DNA of 64,000 bases, from assembly GCA_002269645.1 (NCBI GenBank), contig NIVC01000586.1:62001-126000 (forward strand), given 5' to 3'. Below are positions 46,866-61,039 of this stretch, piece after piece (positions within the stretch are counted from its first letter, which is position 1; the number at the start of each line of letters is the position of its first letter). Origin of the DNA: Macrostomum lignano. Taxonomy: Eukaryota. A program made the translations under genes and the position numbers. The notes below the pieces were generated by a model. The model worked only from the letters and a program-made list of their open reading frames with translations, ran no database searches and was not told where the DNA came from.

Positions 46866-47449
46866 ATAAATTTGAAGCTAAATTAGAATCATGGCTTTGG
46901 TCTGCTTATGCAGTAACATTCTTGAAGATCAACCTATAAAGGGCACAGTGAAGTGTACCATGCTTAACAACAACAAAAGTTTTAGGGCTGCTTTATACTC
47001 CTATGTGGACTGTCCACATTTCCTTACACTTGTGTGCCTACTCGTGAGAATTGGTAGAATAAGCAATCATGCCTTTTGCAAATTGTGTAACAATGTTGCT
47101 TCAAAAAATATGCCATAGTATATATATAGTCTCTATCTCAACTAAAGCAATTAGTTCAAATTTTAAGAATTATGCAAAGCCAAGGCTAGATACTAGATTT
47201 TTGAGATAATTATTTAATTTTTTATACATATTGCATACATGCGCAACTGCTGGCCGAGCTGGCTGATCCGGCCACCGTAAATTGTGGTGGACCAGGGTAA
47301 GTCGCAAAATTGAGTTGACCAAAAATGAAAAAAGCCAAGAACCAAAAAGGCAAGTGGAAAGAGCAATACAGGGAAGTAAAATGGTGAAGCAAAAGAAAAA
47401 CAAGTTGCAACAGAAGCAAATTAACTTGCACAAATGATTAGGTAAGTCG

Positions 47450-47735
47450 CAAAAGGAGCAACTAAGTCGCAAAAAGGATTAGGTAAGTCGCAAAAGGATT
47501 AGGCAAGTCGCAAAAAGATTAGGTAAGTCGCAAAAGGAGCAACTAAGTCGCAAAAGGATTAGGTCAAGTCGCAAAAGGATTAGGCAAGTCGCAAAAGGAT
47601 TAGGCAAGTCGCAAAAAGATTAGGTAAGTCGCAAAAGGAGCAACTAAGTCGCAAAAAGGATTAGTAAGTCGTAAAAGGATTAGGTAAGTCGTAAAAAGGA
47701 TTAGGTAAGTCACAAAAGGAGCAACTAAGTCGCAA
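47450..47735. repeat. About 20-bp minisatellite (aagtcgcaaaaggattaggt)
   Basis: About 14 variable units. Confidence 0.9.
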
Positions 47736-47989
47736 TAAGAGGGAAGTAAGTCACAATCAGAGGCAATCAGGGGGTAGTAGGTGCAAGTGTGGCAGGAGAG
47801 CAAAACCAGAATAGAAGCCTTCAACCGCAGACAAGATCTTTGAAATCAGAAGCCCGCGTCAACAGTTTCCCATTGATTTCTTAAACTCTGGAGCAGGGGT
47901 TGGCAAACTCCCGCTCGCGAAGCCCCTTTATCTGGCCCTCGCCCCTCGGGTTCTTTGAAACTTCCTAACTAGCAAGGTTTGGTGTCTCT

Positions 47990-48650
47990 TCAACTCTCAT
48001 CTCTCTCTTCTCTACCTTGCCTCCCCTCTTCTCTCTCTCTCTCTCCCCCTTTTCCCTCTTCTCTCTCCTCTCATTTTTACTCTCCTCTCTTCTCGCCTCT
48101 CCTATCTCCCATTTTCTCTCTACCCTTTCTCCTCAATGCCCTCTGCTCTCCTCTCATCTTCAGCAAAAATGTGTGCAGATTTTCTTACTTCAAAGTAGAG
48201 GAAATAGAAGATTGGAGATAAGCAAACAGAGGAGAGGCGAGCGATGCGATGGGAGAAAAGATAGAAAAGGAGAGAAAAGCTGAGTGAGGAGAGATGAGAG
48301 AGAAGAGGAGATGAGAGGAAAGAGGAAAGATAAGATGATGGATGAGATCAGAAAAGAGAGGAAAGAGGAAAGAGGAGAGAAGAAAGGAGAGGAGAGAGTA
48401 GACGAGAGAAGAGAGGATAAAGAGGAGATGAGAGGAGAGTGAAGAGAGGAGAGATGAAAGAGTAGAGAAGAGAGGAGAGATAAGATGAGATAGTTGAGTG
48501 GAGAGAGACGAGAGGAGAGATAAGAATGTAAAGAGGAGACAAGAGATAAGAGAGGAGGAAAGAGAGGAGACTGGAGAGGAAAGAGAGAAGGGATGAGGGA
48601 TGAGAGAGAAAAGAAAAAGAGGATGAGAAGATTGAGGAAAGGAGAGAATT
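47990..48650. repeat. CT-rich tract followed by GA-rich tract
   Basis: Pyrimidine-rich at 47990-48160 and purine-rich at 48230-48650. Confidence 0.8.
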
Positions 48651-51600
48651 TGCAAGGGCCTCAAATCCTAATTTAACATGCATTTACTCCCATCTTTGTT
48701 TGCCTTTTTCCTAACTGTTAACAAGTTTTTGTTTGAGCATGACTTCAAATTTAAGAATCTATAGATACAAAAATAGTTCCGGGAATTGGAATTCAGTGGT
48801 TTCAAAATCTGTGGGTTTTCACAGCTTGTATCTCTACTGGATTCATATTCTGCATCTGATGAGCCATTTGAATCAGGGCTCTCAGCTTCAATGTCAAATT
48901 GTCTAGCAAGTGGAATTATTCTTTATAGGTCACACTGTATTCACATATTCACTTCACTTATTTCTAGAAATTCATGAATCATGACTTTTGTCATGATTCA
49001 TGAATGTCTTTACTCATTGTCTTTACTTATTGTCATTACTAATTGCCTCAGGCTGCCATTACATGACATACTGATTAGCTATTATAAAATGTATAATCTG
49101 CACACAGCACTAATTAGCTGCCGAGGCATTTAACCTTAAAATATGGTCATAGTTACTCTTGCCCAAAAGTTTTTTGCTTTGCTTTCTTTCATAGGGAATC
49201 ATAGGTAAGTTGCATTTTTGATCGAAAACTAAGTTGCATGGCCAGCATAATTTCAGAAGTTGCGCATGTATGTAATACATATTATAAGTTATAAAAATAT
49301 TACTAATTATAGACTATAAAAATAACCTTAATAATAATAATATTTGATTATTCAATTTAATCTTCAAGCCTAAGGCCTAATTATAATTTCCTTTATTTAT
49401 GTTATTTGGAAATTATCTAATAGCTTTTTTAACTTTCAAAAAATAAAGCCTTATTCAATTAATATAGAATTTTTGAGATATTAAGCCTAAGCCAATATTA
49501 TAAAAAAACTATTAGATAAAAGCCTAGGGGCCTAATGATTATTGATGATTGTTAATAAAATATCATAGGCATTAAAAGCATCTACCCTGATCTAATAAGC
49601 CATTTCTAGGCCTTATCTAATAGAATTATATAATTGATAGGCCCCTATCTTATTTAGAAAATGATATTATTTAATTATATACTATCTCTACCTATAAAAA
49701 TCAAAACTCTGTCTGTCTGTCTGTCTTATTATATAAACTATAGTATAGCTAGAAGCCAACAAGAGTATCCAATTGAATAATATTTTTATGCAGTAAAGTC
49801 TAGACAAGACAAGTAATAGTTTTTGTCTAGTCAAGTAATTAGTAGAGTTTTGTTGTTTTGAGTCAATAATTTTAAGACTCTAGATTTGATACTAGAGGCT
49901 TAATATAAGTAATAAGTAATAGTAATAAAATATATAGACCTTAGACCTAGCTAGATGGAAATATAAGTAGAAAATTAGAAATAAAAGTATGATTATAACT
50001 TTTATAAGATAGAAGTTTAAGTAAATTAGATTCAATTATTATCTTATAAAAGTTGTTGTCATAGGCCTACTTCTATTTTTATCTATCAACTATCTATTAA
50101 ATTAAAGGACTTCTAGTCTTTTTCATTTAAATTTAAAGAACTCTAATCTAAAATTGACAGTTTAACACAAAGCTCAAATAGAACAAACTATAACATAAGA
50201 GTTTGTTTAATACAATAATAGTAGATATCATATAATATAAAAATATTTCCTTTTTGGACCTTTTTAGCCAATTAAAAGGCTCTGTAAAATAGGCTTAATA
50301 GGTTCAGTAACTTCAGTTGAGTTGTAAATAAAAAGATAGAAGTAAAAAAGTATTATATTGGCTTTGTCTAGCATTCTTTTGTAATTTTTTATTTTGCAAT
50401 CTATAAAAAAATTCAAGCATTAAAGTGGCTCAGGCCCACAAATAGAGATCATGCTCATGTACAGTATGCAAGGAATTTAAGCTTTGGGTAGGGCCTATTG
50501 GGTTGGCAACTTAACTGGAACTGTGGAAGTTGGTATATTACTTATTTATAATTCTAAGTAATGTTTTTATAGCTAGAATTACTTAACATTATATTTTAAG
50601 AAGCTTTGTGTACATTGGCATTAAATGTACAGCATCAGGCAAATACAACAGCCTTGTATAGGTCCATTCGATTAGGGCGAGCTCGCTCGACAATAACAAT
50701 CCTCAGCTCAAAGTTACGTTCTTCGTTCGTTTGCACGTTGCTAAACATAACAAAAATATATTCATGACGCTGAAAACCGTTCATCAATCATTAATTAAAT
50801 TAGGTCTAAAAGAAGACTCAACGTGCGCAGTGTCTTATAGGGGTGCCAATCGTTTTTTCTGCTGACAGTTCGTCTGCTGAGAAATGGAGGGTCGACTGCA
50901 TGGTCAATGGACAATTTTAACTTACGGACCCAAAGTTCCTTTCCTCGTCGTTGTACTAAACAATTGGACCACTTAGTCCTTCGTACTAAAGTGGTCTTTG
51001 AGCGGATCTTTAGAGGCTAGAGGCCCTATATATATACAAGGACTACTACACTACTAGACAAGGACTATAACGTAGTGTTCCTAGTAGTGGTCCTTATATA
51101 GCCTGCGTGGAGATGCTTGGTCGGCTTCTGCCGTTGCCCACTCCGCTGTAAATTCTCCTGCACGTTGCCTGTGCAGGCGTTGGGTGCGGGACAAAAGAGC
51201 TCTACACACCGATCCTATTCTCACGACAGGTCATGGTTTTTTGCTGCACTGCCATGGAGCGTTCGCGGGTATACCATGCACGCGCGGAGGTACCAAAATT
51301 TATGAATTTATGAATTGTGAGGGAATCCAGTTATAGGAAGCGTCGTCTTCTAGAATCTGACGATACTCTTTTTGCTTGATGAACCACATTAATTATTCGA
51401 TGCTCATCACATTGCCAAGCTTGCAAAGCTTCACATTGCAAAACATTGCACACTGCATTGCAGTTTTGAAAACTATGGTCGTACATGTACATGTAATTGT
51501 GAAATCTCCATGCATGAATCCCATGAACCTTGACATCTCAGCCATCCCCATTGACATCGACATTTCGGCAATTCCCATCCACTTGAGCAATAATTCAAGT

Positions 51601-52331
51601 CGGAGTCACGTTGTCTGTGCTGTGCAGTACCGCTTTCCCCTAGTGCCATCTTTAGTTGCTGCAACATTGACGTTGTTGACAGCGCGCGCTTGGCATCAAC
51701 GTTGACATAAAAATGTTGCTGAATTGTTGCAGGAACATTGATATAGAAAAAGATTTCAAATGTGTGAATTTCTGGCAATTGAATTATTGCAACTCGTTTA
51801 GATTCGGGAGCTCCTTAAATTAAAATTGTACGGAGTTATTCATTTATGTAATTCTAATTCAGAAGAATCTGTTTCTTTAATGTATACGTAAAGATTTGTT
51901 AAATGTAGCTGCTACAGTTTTTACTAACCAACTTGATTTAATTTCTACCGTCAGGCACATCGACACGGATTTCTAGCTGCAAAAAAAATCGTTGCTATTT
52001 AGGCCTACTGTTTACCTAACTTTCTATTTGACTTTTTGTTTAGCTTTTTATTTGGTTTATTGCATGTTTGCTTAGCTTTAAAGTTGGCATAAGTCGAAGG
52101 CCTAGAATACAAAAACGTAACTAAAATTAATTAGATAAAAATCTGTTGTTGCAAAGCTCTTCCTACTACACTAGCCCTTGAATTTAAACTTGAAGAACAT
52201 AAAAATATTATTGCCTAGGCCTTAGCCTGGCTACTATATTAAGTTGGGAATGCCAGTTTTTTTGTTTGCTCCTGGGATTACAACCATAGCTTTTTTTGTT
52301 TACTTGATTGTAACTTGCAAAACTACCCAAG

Positions 52332-52677
52332 AGATAGACAAAGATCAAGTTGAACCTGAAGTTGCAAATAATCAGGACCAGGCCCTTAGTGGTCTAGCAT
52401 CTAATATTGTATTTTTGTCTGGGCCATCTGCTTCTGCACCTACTCTAAGTGAAGACACAGTTGTTGTAGGTAAATAATAATGCAATGAAACTCTGTTTCT
52501 AATATATATTTTTTATGCTTATCTAATATATAAAGTATTTTGATTATGTTATGCTTAGCCTTATTTAGGCCAAACATTTGTTAGTATAGGCCTAATACTT
52601 AAGGTTAGTTAGTATAATATGTTGCTAGGCCCTATAATATAAATATAATACAAACTCATGTTGTTGGTATAAATATG

Positions 52678-52710
<33 letters not shown>

Positions 52711-55700
52711 TAACTATTTTTAGTTCAAGTTTGCCTCAATTATATACCATTTGGTATAGTCTATTTATATATCTATATTAGGCCTATTGCTCTATATCAT
52801 AAAATGTTTGTCTAAACATTCCTTTATTATAAGAAGTAAGACTAAGACTGCCAAAATAAAGATTAAAGTGTAGATTGCAAATATCAATAAGTTTTTTTGC
52901 ATTTTGGATGTAAAATAGACTTAGAAATGATTAAAGAGCAAATTTCAACTATAAATAAAAAGTGTTGCAAATCATAGATTTTTTGTATAAGATCTATAGT
53001 TCAGAACACTATATGTGCCCCACAAAAAAACTGTCAACATTCTTTTAATGCCAATATATACCATTTATAATACTTTACACAAAACATCTAAATTGCTAGG
53101 AATAAGTGATGGAACATGATGGGTGATTTAGATATTTAATTTAAATGAGATGAGCTAAAAACTAAAAATAACAGTTATAGTTATATTTATATAATGTTAT
53201 ATATATTAAAAAAACAAAAGTAAACTTTGTGCATTTTTGTTAAAAATCATGACTTTTAACTTATAAAAAACAGAATTCAGTTTTGCATTAATTTTATATC
53301 AAATTTTATAGTAATGTATGCATGGACAACTATTGTAACAATTATTAATAACATAACTTTTCATTCTTTGTGTGTCACAAAAATATTAAACATATATGCC
53401 AAAAGCCTTAGAAAATCACTTTTTGTGTATGCCAATGTATGCTAAATTTCTTGAGTGTACCCTAGAAATTTCTGGGGTACAAGATGCCTTCTTCTGGACT
53501 ATGGTATAAGATTGTTTCATAAGAAATGTTATATTTAATAACTAGCTAATGATAGCTAAATTAATTTAAATAAAACAAAATTTATTGAAAAGTTATTTGT
53601 TGGATATGAAGTGCTAGTCAAAATTCAAGAGACTTGAGTATCAAGCTTAAAAGTATATAATGCTGGCTATTTGTATTCAACCTAATTTGTTAATTTTTAT
53701 ATATGCTCCTAAAGACCCTATATTAGTTTTATTATTTATTATATTTATTAGTTTTAGTTCTACTATATTAGACCCTAAATCAAACCTTGCCTATAAAAAT
53801 GTTTGCTATGCTAAATGATGAATTTGGTGTATTTGGGATTTGTTCATAATGATAATTGTCAACTTGATTTATTTTTGCTTTTGGCAAAACTTTGAGTAAA
53901 TTTTTTTATCTATAATGCTTCTGTTTGGAGAAAATAAAGCTTGCAATGTTGTTAAACAATTATTATTTTCTTTAAAGCACAAGATGCAAGTTTTAGGAAA
54001 TTTGTGGATTGTATATTAGATTTGTAATATAAACATATTTTTTGCTATAATTTATATTATATATATGTTGCAATAAGCATATACTTATGTTGAGTACTCA
54101 TTATCAAGGGTATGATCTTGATACTCTGACAGTTTCTTGCTAGGTCTTGCTCAAGGTATTGAAGGCATAGAAGGCTTCATTATGCTGGCGTAATTATGAG
54201 GCTTTCATTTCATCCATTTCTCTATAATTTGTCTAGGTTTTTCCTCAACATCTGTTCATGGAGCCAGTAAGCGAACAGTCCAACGACATATTAAGAGAAG
54301 CTACGAGGAAGCTGCAGTTATGCTGCATTGCCCATGTCACACTGAAGATCCAAGTCAACAGCCAACTGAGCCTATGGCAGAGCTTGGAATTCATGCTGCT
54401 CCTGAGCCCACAGAAGAGTCTCAAATGGAACTTGAATACCAGGAGATGACTAGTGATGATGTTGGTAAGATTGAATGTATCTATTTTTTATAATAACCCC
54501 TAATTGCTTTCAACACTTTTTATTGACATCTTAGTGTGCTTGATCCTCTAAACTGAATATGAACCTTACACCATCCATTATTCATTTCTGCTTTACAAAT
54601 AAATTAACTTAAATTTTTTCTGTAACTTTGAAAGTTAAACAAAAATTTAGAGTAAAAATGTGATTTTATCAACAAGTATGTGCATAATCTTTTTAATAGT
54701 TTTTGATAATACTCTAGCTATTTATTTCTTACATTTAGGAAACCTGACTTCTTCAACGATTGAATCAGCCCTTCATTCTGATGACAACCAATGTGCGAGA
54801 CTCGAGGCCATGCTTCGAGACTGGGTTAAAGCAACAGGCCCAGAAGTGCCGTGCGTGAACTACTTGCTTCAGAATCTACAAGACGAGTTTCCTGGTCTAG
54901 CTGCTGACTATCGTGGACTAATGACTACACCAAGGGAGCTTACTTTTCGCTATGTCAACCCAGGGCGATATTATCATTTTGGCGTTAAAGCTGGTCTTGA
55001 CTTTCTCCTGAGCAATATTGGATCACGCTCTCGTCTGGATTCCTTGAACCTCCACCTTTTTGTTGATGGTGCAAAAGTGCACAATAGCACTACCTATACA
55101 TTGTGGCCTGTGTTGGGTAGAGTTTCGAATTTGTCTCATTCTGTTTTTATAATCGGGCTTTACTATGGAACTGGCAAACCCCTCTCTGCTTCGGACTTTC
55201 TTGCCGACTGTATTACTGAATTGCGTGATTTGATGGCTGATGGATTTGTCTCTACTGTCACTTCAGAGTCAGATCTCATATTACCTTTTAAACTTTCAAT
55301 GATTACCTGCGATTCACCAGCACGCAGCTTTGTAAAAGGAACAAAAGCATGTTGGGGATACTTTGGTTGCGACAAGTGCACTGTTGAAGGGGACTTTTGT
55401 AATGGAAGAGTGACATTTTCTGACCTAAGTGCTGCACTACGAACTGACTTTGGCTTCAGAGGTGATGTATACCCAAATCATGTTCTTCTACCAAGCCCTT
55501 TTTTAAGTTTGCCCATCGACATGGTTCATGATTTTCCTCTGGATCCAATGCACTTAATATACGAGGGTATTGTTCCTAAATGTTTAAAATTCCTCGGTAA
55601 GGGACGCTTGCCCCATCGAGCATCTGGACCTAATATTCGTCAGATAAGTGCTGATCTGTGTTCTATTTCGTCTTGCATTCCGCATGATTTTGCACGAAAG

Positions 55701-56573
55701 CCACGGTCGATTGAGTGCGTGGGTCTTTGGAAGGCAACTGAGTTTAGATTGTTTATTTTGTACTTGGCGCCAATTGTTTTAGCTGGAAACGTCCCTGAAT
55801 CTGTGTATCAATTATTTCTTTCTCTGCATTCGTTTGTTTTCCTATTGTCGCATCCTTTGGTTTGTCAAACGTACTGCTCTTATGCCGAAGATTTGGCAAA
55901 GCACATTGTTAATGAATGTGCAATTATTTGGGGTGACGAGTTTATCGTGTACACTGTGCATTCAATAATTCATATTCCTTCAGAAGTTCGTCGACGTGGT
56001 CCGTTGGATAGTTTTAGTTGCTTTTGGGGCGAAAATTTTATCCGCTTTATTACCCAGTTTGTTCGCAGTCCACGTTTTGCTCTCGAGCAGACTGTGAAGC
56101 GAATTCTGGAGAGAGATGTGACTCTCGGTTTTTTTCCTAAGCACATGTGTTCTATTCAGTCGCCTTTTGAATATTCCGGTCCAATTGCATCTTCGAATGT
56201 AGACTTCTCATTGCAAGGAGTTCAGACATTTGGTATTTACCGTAAAGTTAGTCTTGTATTGCGTGGAACGTATATATCTGTTGCTAATCCAGACTGCTAT
56301 ATTTTAACTCGAGATGGATTTGCAGTTGTAGTCACTCATATAATTTCTACTGATGTCGGTTGTATTTTCGTTGGTAAGAAATTTATTCAGCAAACCGCCC
56401 TCTACGACGAAACTTTCGACTCAATGTCTCTGCACATTTCCGTTGTCAATACTTTAAGCAACTCACTCGTAACTGTACGATGGACTGATTTCTATGGTAA
56501 AGCGATGCTTGTAAGTCTCAAAAATCGTTCCTGCATTCTCCCTATTTTACATACATTGGTCGACTGTGCGTAG
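52332..56573 (+). CDS. DDE transposase of CMC/EnSpm type (spliced)
   Basis: Main exon 54739-56573 is uninterrupted, with LFVDG, ITCDSPARSF..GCDKC, LDPMH (C/DxxH), WKATEFR, HSIIH and CFWGENF motifs. Exon 54237-54464 (SKRTVQRHIKR) joins in phase. A further candidate exon at about 52332-52469 is phase-compatible. The start codon is not located. Confidence 0.85.
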
Positions 56574-57072
56574 CTTCTACGCACATCAAGCATTTCTCTG
56601 CAAATGTTTGGAAGCAACTGAATGAACTCTCTGTCTGACTTCTTCTAGCTAGCTGCTTTCTCATTCAGCAAATGTTGGTTTCATTTTTAGCCACTCCCAC
56701 TGAGTAAGCAGGTAATATTAGAAAATATAAATGTTTGTGGGAAGAACATACTATCATTTCACGCTGTCACTAATTTCATGCTTTCATATTAAATTCTTTC
56801 CAACAATCGCATATAGACCTAGACATGATTAGGCATAGACATGCGAAATATATGACAGTCCCTTTTTAGATGGTTTTCTTTGCTTCGCAAAATGGTTTTG
56901 CTGTTTGTTAACAGATTTTTAGTGAAGGTAGGCTTCTGAAATATATGCGTTGCGTTTTCACCCATAGTACTATAAAATAATAAAGGAAAATGTGTTCCGA
57001 TCCGATAGCTTTTCTAACTTTGCTTTGTTTCCCTCCAACTTTTATTTCAGCATATTCGGGCCAAGTCTATGA

Positions 57073-59982
57073 ATGAGTCTAAACGACCTGAATGCATTTG
57101 TTGTTGTTCGCTTCAATGAAACTGAAGAAATTGAAATCGTTCGTCGTTCCTGGCTTCAGGGCAGCGACAGCGTCTTGTGCCCTCCCCTGAAAAAGTTCAA
57201 GGCTTGCTTGACAAACCAGTCGAAGTCAGTCCCAGACGATAGTTGGTTGCCTTACAAAGTCGACATCATTGGATCGAGAGGTGAGTTTATGTGCTAATGC
57301 AGAATTATTTTCAAATAGGTAGATTATATATGATATGCCTATGATTACATATGAAGCCAGTCTTAAGTGCAATTATTGTACTATTTTCTTGTATACATTA
57401 GAAAAAAGTACTTCAATGTGGCTCCTATTATCTACATCGGGGGGTTGATATTTTTTCTTGTTTAATTAGATGTGGGATGACTAAGTCCCACGTGAAAGCG
57501 AATTTTCATAGCTAATAATAAAGGATGTAATTTTATATAGTGTACATGTACATGTGTCTATTCCCCTTCATGCAGATCAATTTCCCGCTGCTGTCAACCT
57601 GCGGAAGCGGTACGAGAGTCGGGGAGAAGTTGATTCTACTGATATAGATGCTCCACGAAGAATTCAAGTTGTCGACCACTATTACAATGAGAATTTCGAC
57701 ATTGAGACTCGAAAAACCGGCCGAAAGAGAACGACAAAGAGCAAATCCTCTACACTGGGTAACAGCCGGAGTGCTGGACAGTCGTCAGCGCCACCAAAGT
57801 TTCAACCTGATGGCACGAGGCCACCTTTGACAATAAGCAGCAGTTCGAATTTGGCTTCCATCCAACATGAAGCCATCTTGGCAAGCGCAGTTCATGCTAC
57901 TACATCGAGTCTGAGCCCGTTTTCACAGTCTTCTTGTGGCAGCTTCAGCACCAGCACCAATTTAGCTGCAGCTGCCGCGGCCTCTCCGATGGGGCATGGA
58001 ATCCAGCACCATCCTGCTTCTGCTGCAGCTGCCGCGGCCTCTCCGATGGGGCATGGAATCCAGCACCATCCTGCTTCTGCTGCATCTGCCGCGGCCTCTC
58101 CGATGGGGCATGGAATCCAGCACCATCCTGCTTCTGCTGCATCTGCCGCGGCCTCTCCGATGGGGCATGGAATCCAGCACCATCCTGCTTCTGCTGCATC
58201 TGCCGCGGCCTCTCCGATGGGGCATGGAATCCAGCACCATCCTGCTTCTGCTGCATCTGCCGCGGCCTCTCCGATGGGGCATGGAATCCAGCACCATCCT
58301 GCTTCTGCTGCATCTGCCGCGGCCTCTCCGATGGGGCATGGAATCCAGCACCATCCTGCTTCTGCTGCATCTGCCGCGGCCTCTCCGATGGGGCATGGAA
58401 TCCAGCACCATCCTGCTTCTGCTGCATCTGCCGCGGCCTCTCCGATGGGGCATGGAATCCAGCACCATCCTGCTTCTGCTGCAGCTGCCGCGGCCTCTGC
58501 GATTGGCGTTTACGACGCGAGCCGTGCAGACATATTGGACTTTCTAGTGACAGCCGTGCGGTGGATTGAAAGTAAGCCAGCTAAAAAAATTTCTTTCGCT
58601 ACTGAGGCGCTGATATAAGAAAATTTAGAAGTTCTAATCCGAGCTCTTCATTTCCAGAATTAAGTAAAGTTACGATTTAAATTAAAATGGCGTAATGCAC
58701 TATTAAACATTCAGCTCCGCATGATTCTGAGTTTTGCTGCGATTTACACTTTTTAATTTGTACTTAACGTTTCGGAGGTTCATCTGGTTTGTATAGAGAA
58801 TAATCTATTTGAGTCACTAACTGACTATTATCCCTGACTGGCTGATACATCTTCTCGATAATTTTCTTCATTTTAGCAACCCAGCGCGCGATGCATGGTG
58901 CGATTTGTGGCCTGGCTACAGAGGTGAAAGACTTTCACCTGCAGTTTCTTGCTCTGCAGAACTCTTCGTCTCGTAGTACAGGTGCAAACTCCAGCAATGC
59001 CCAGCACGGCCAACAGCCAACCGACAGGCCTATACTTCAAGATCTGCCATTTACCGAAGTCGATAAACTGACTGAGTGGGCCACACGACTAACAAGTGAT
59101 CGAGGCTGCTTAAATGATGCAGTGAGTGCTAGTATTTTGTATGATTTTTATCATTGCACGATTTACAAAAGCGACTGGATGCCGCTTAACTGCCGCATGT
59201 ATTTTATGAGAGAATATAACACATTACAAGACATGACTATTAATGTGTAATGTCTTGTAGTTTATTAATTCAATTTCTAGTCTACCATTCGAATTCATTC
59301 CACACATTTCAGTTTCTGTTCTTCAAGCGGCTTACCAGCAAAACTCTAATGAAGTCCGTCGCTAATATCTTATACCACATCATGGATGACAAGCTTGCTC
59401 ATCAGTTCAGTCTCCGTGGTGCCAAGCGTTCTGGCGTTTCCAAGTATTGCTTTGAGTCAACTGGCCTGCTGCCTTTTATCAAAAGTAAGCAACATAATGG
59501 TGCTTAGGATTTTGTCTCTTCTATGATAAAATGTGTATTTAAGCTGCTTAGTTAAATATATATCAATTCTGTACGTCCATATCTAGATACTAATCTACTT
59601 TGGGTAAGCAAAACTAATGGGCAGTATTTACCTACTTTTAGACGTCGTGTGGAGTGTTCACAAAGACGCCAAAGGCGAGGCCATTGAATCCGCGGTGGGC
59701 GAACATCTGCGCCACTCAGGCACTCGGTTCCGCCGAAAAAGGTGCTCACAGCAGTCCGCACAGCGTCCGACTGGAGAACTTCGGAACTCGGCTGCAGGCC
59801 CAAGGAGCACTCGGCAAAGCGGAGGTGACGGCGCAGACATGAACACTGACGGCGATGCAAGTGGCGAGAGCGACAGCAGTTCTGACGACGAGGGCGCTCA
59901 CGACAGCAGCGAAGATAATGACAATGGCGGCCAACGATTTGAAGTCATCAACGTTGACGGTTGTACACTTACTCAACTTTGA
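57073..59982 (+). CDS. Transposon accessory gene with DUF4806-like C-terminal domain
   Basis: Exons 57073-57280, 57576-58571, 58877-59121, 59313-59484, 59642-59982, GT-AG with consistent phases. N-terminal VVRFNETEEIEIVRRSWL..CPP and C-terminal IMDDKLAHQFSLRG..K..F / AIESAVGEHLRHSGTR resemble DUF4806-associated transposon proteins, recognised from memory. Confidence 0.7.
57965..58500 (+). repeat. Coding 57-bp tandem repeat x9 (SPMGHGIQHHPASAASAAA)
   Basis: Nine near-identical in-frame units inside exon 2 of the accessory gene. Confidence 0.95.
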
Positions 59983-61039
59983 GTAAATAGGAGTTCAGAC
60001 TTCACGGGATTGGTGGCTTAATAAAACTAGTTGTTCTAAGTTCTAAGAACAAAGATCAGTATAGACTCGCTCTAGGTTAGGTGAATCTCTTTGGAGGCTA
60101 TAGCTGTTTTTAATCATCGCCATCAGATCTCTAGTTATCTTTGCATCTTTTCTGAACGACATGTCTGTTTTGCCAGCATGCAAATAGCAGTTGCCATTAA
60201 TAATAGTTTTGCGAATCTCTTATTTTCCTGCTAACTTTTTTATTCATTAAAAGAAACACTGCAGGTTGCAGCTTGCAGTCACACACAAAGATACACATCA
60301 TGCGCATCTAATGTAGTAAATATTTTTATTGCTTTCTTGACCTACTATAATGGTAACCGTCTGATCTGATGTGTTTACGATAAAACAAAAAAAATTAATG
60401 GTGCTCATTAGCTAATCTTCGCAGACCTTTAAATCGAAACGTTTTTTGCTATTTTACTTATTCTTTTTAGCAAATGCTAAGTCATGGCCGTATTTTCGTA
60501 TTATTTCAAGATGTAGGAGTCTCGATTTTTGAACCTGTGTGCAAGCTACAGATTTTTTACTATGTAGTCAGTGTTACTACCGGTAGAAGTTCCTTAACAA
60601 CAATCCAAAATTAATGCATGGCATGCGAAAGAAAGACATAAGCAAGTGTAATAGTAGAGTCGTCGTATATTATAGAATGAAAGTGATACGAAATATATGT
60701 AGTATATAGAATAATACACATACATTAGATACTACTAATAGTAGACACGACGACTACATGTTGCACAGATGTTGATGTATGTTGATTTTGCAATGTTGAT
60801 GCGTCAACCATTCTGCAACGTTGTTTTGCGCGACAAACGGTCGCTTCTAGCAACGTTTACCACTTGTTGCGCGTCAACATTTGTACAACATTCCCGCAAC
60901 ATAAATGGCACTAGGGGTTTGGTATAGCGTATTTTGGTATTGTGCTTTTGCAGGAGTTTTAACAACGCCCATGAATTCTGTGATGAATTAGCTGTAAATC
61001 CTACCGCAGCCTTTGCCAATTAGGGTATGTGCTACTCCC

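Larger units (their letters stand above)
51637..60917 (+). mobile_element. Full-length CMC-superfamily (EnSpm/CACTA-like) DNA transposon, 9281 bp
   Basis: Perfect 13-bp TIRs CCCCTAGTGCCAT (51637-51649) and ATGGCACTAGGGG (60905-60917). TTT on both flanks (51634-51636 and 60918-60920). Subterminal gcaaca/tgttgc/caacgttg motifs at both ends. Encloses a transposase and a second gene. Confidence 0.88.

Noticed and set aside
51028-51100. Imperfect 18-bp inverted repeat (tatatacaaggactactac / gtagtggtccttatata) considered as a Helitron end
   Set aside because: No adjacent terminal CTRR in the expected position and no Helitron coding remnant.
51317-51636. Possible 5' LTR starting with TGT
   Set aside because: No second LTR, primer-binding site or TSD is visible in the window.
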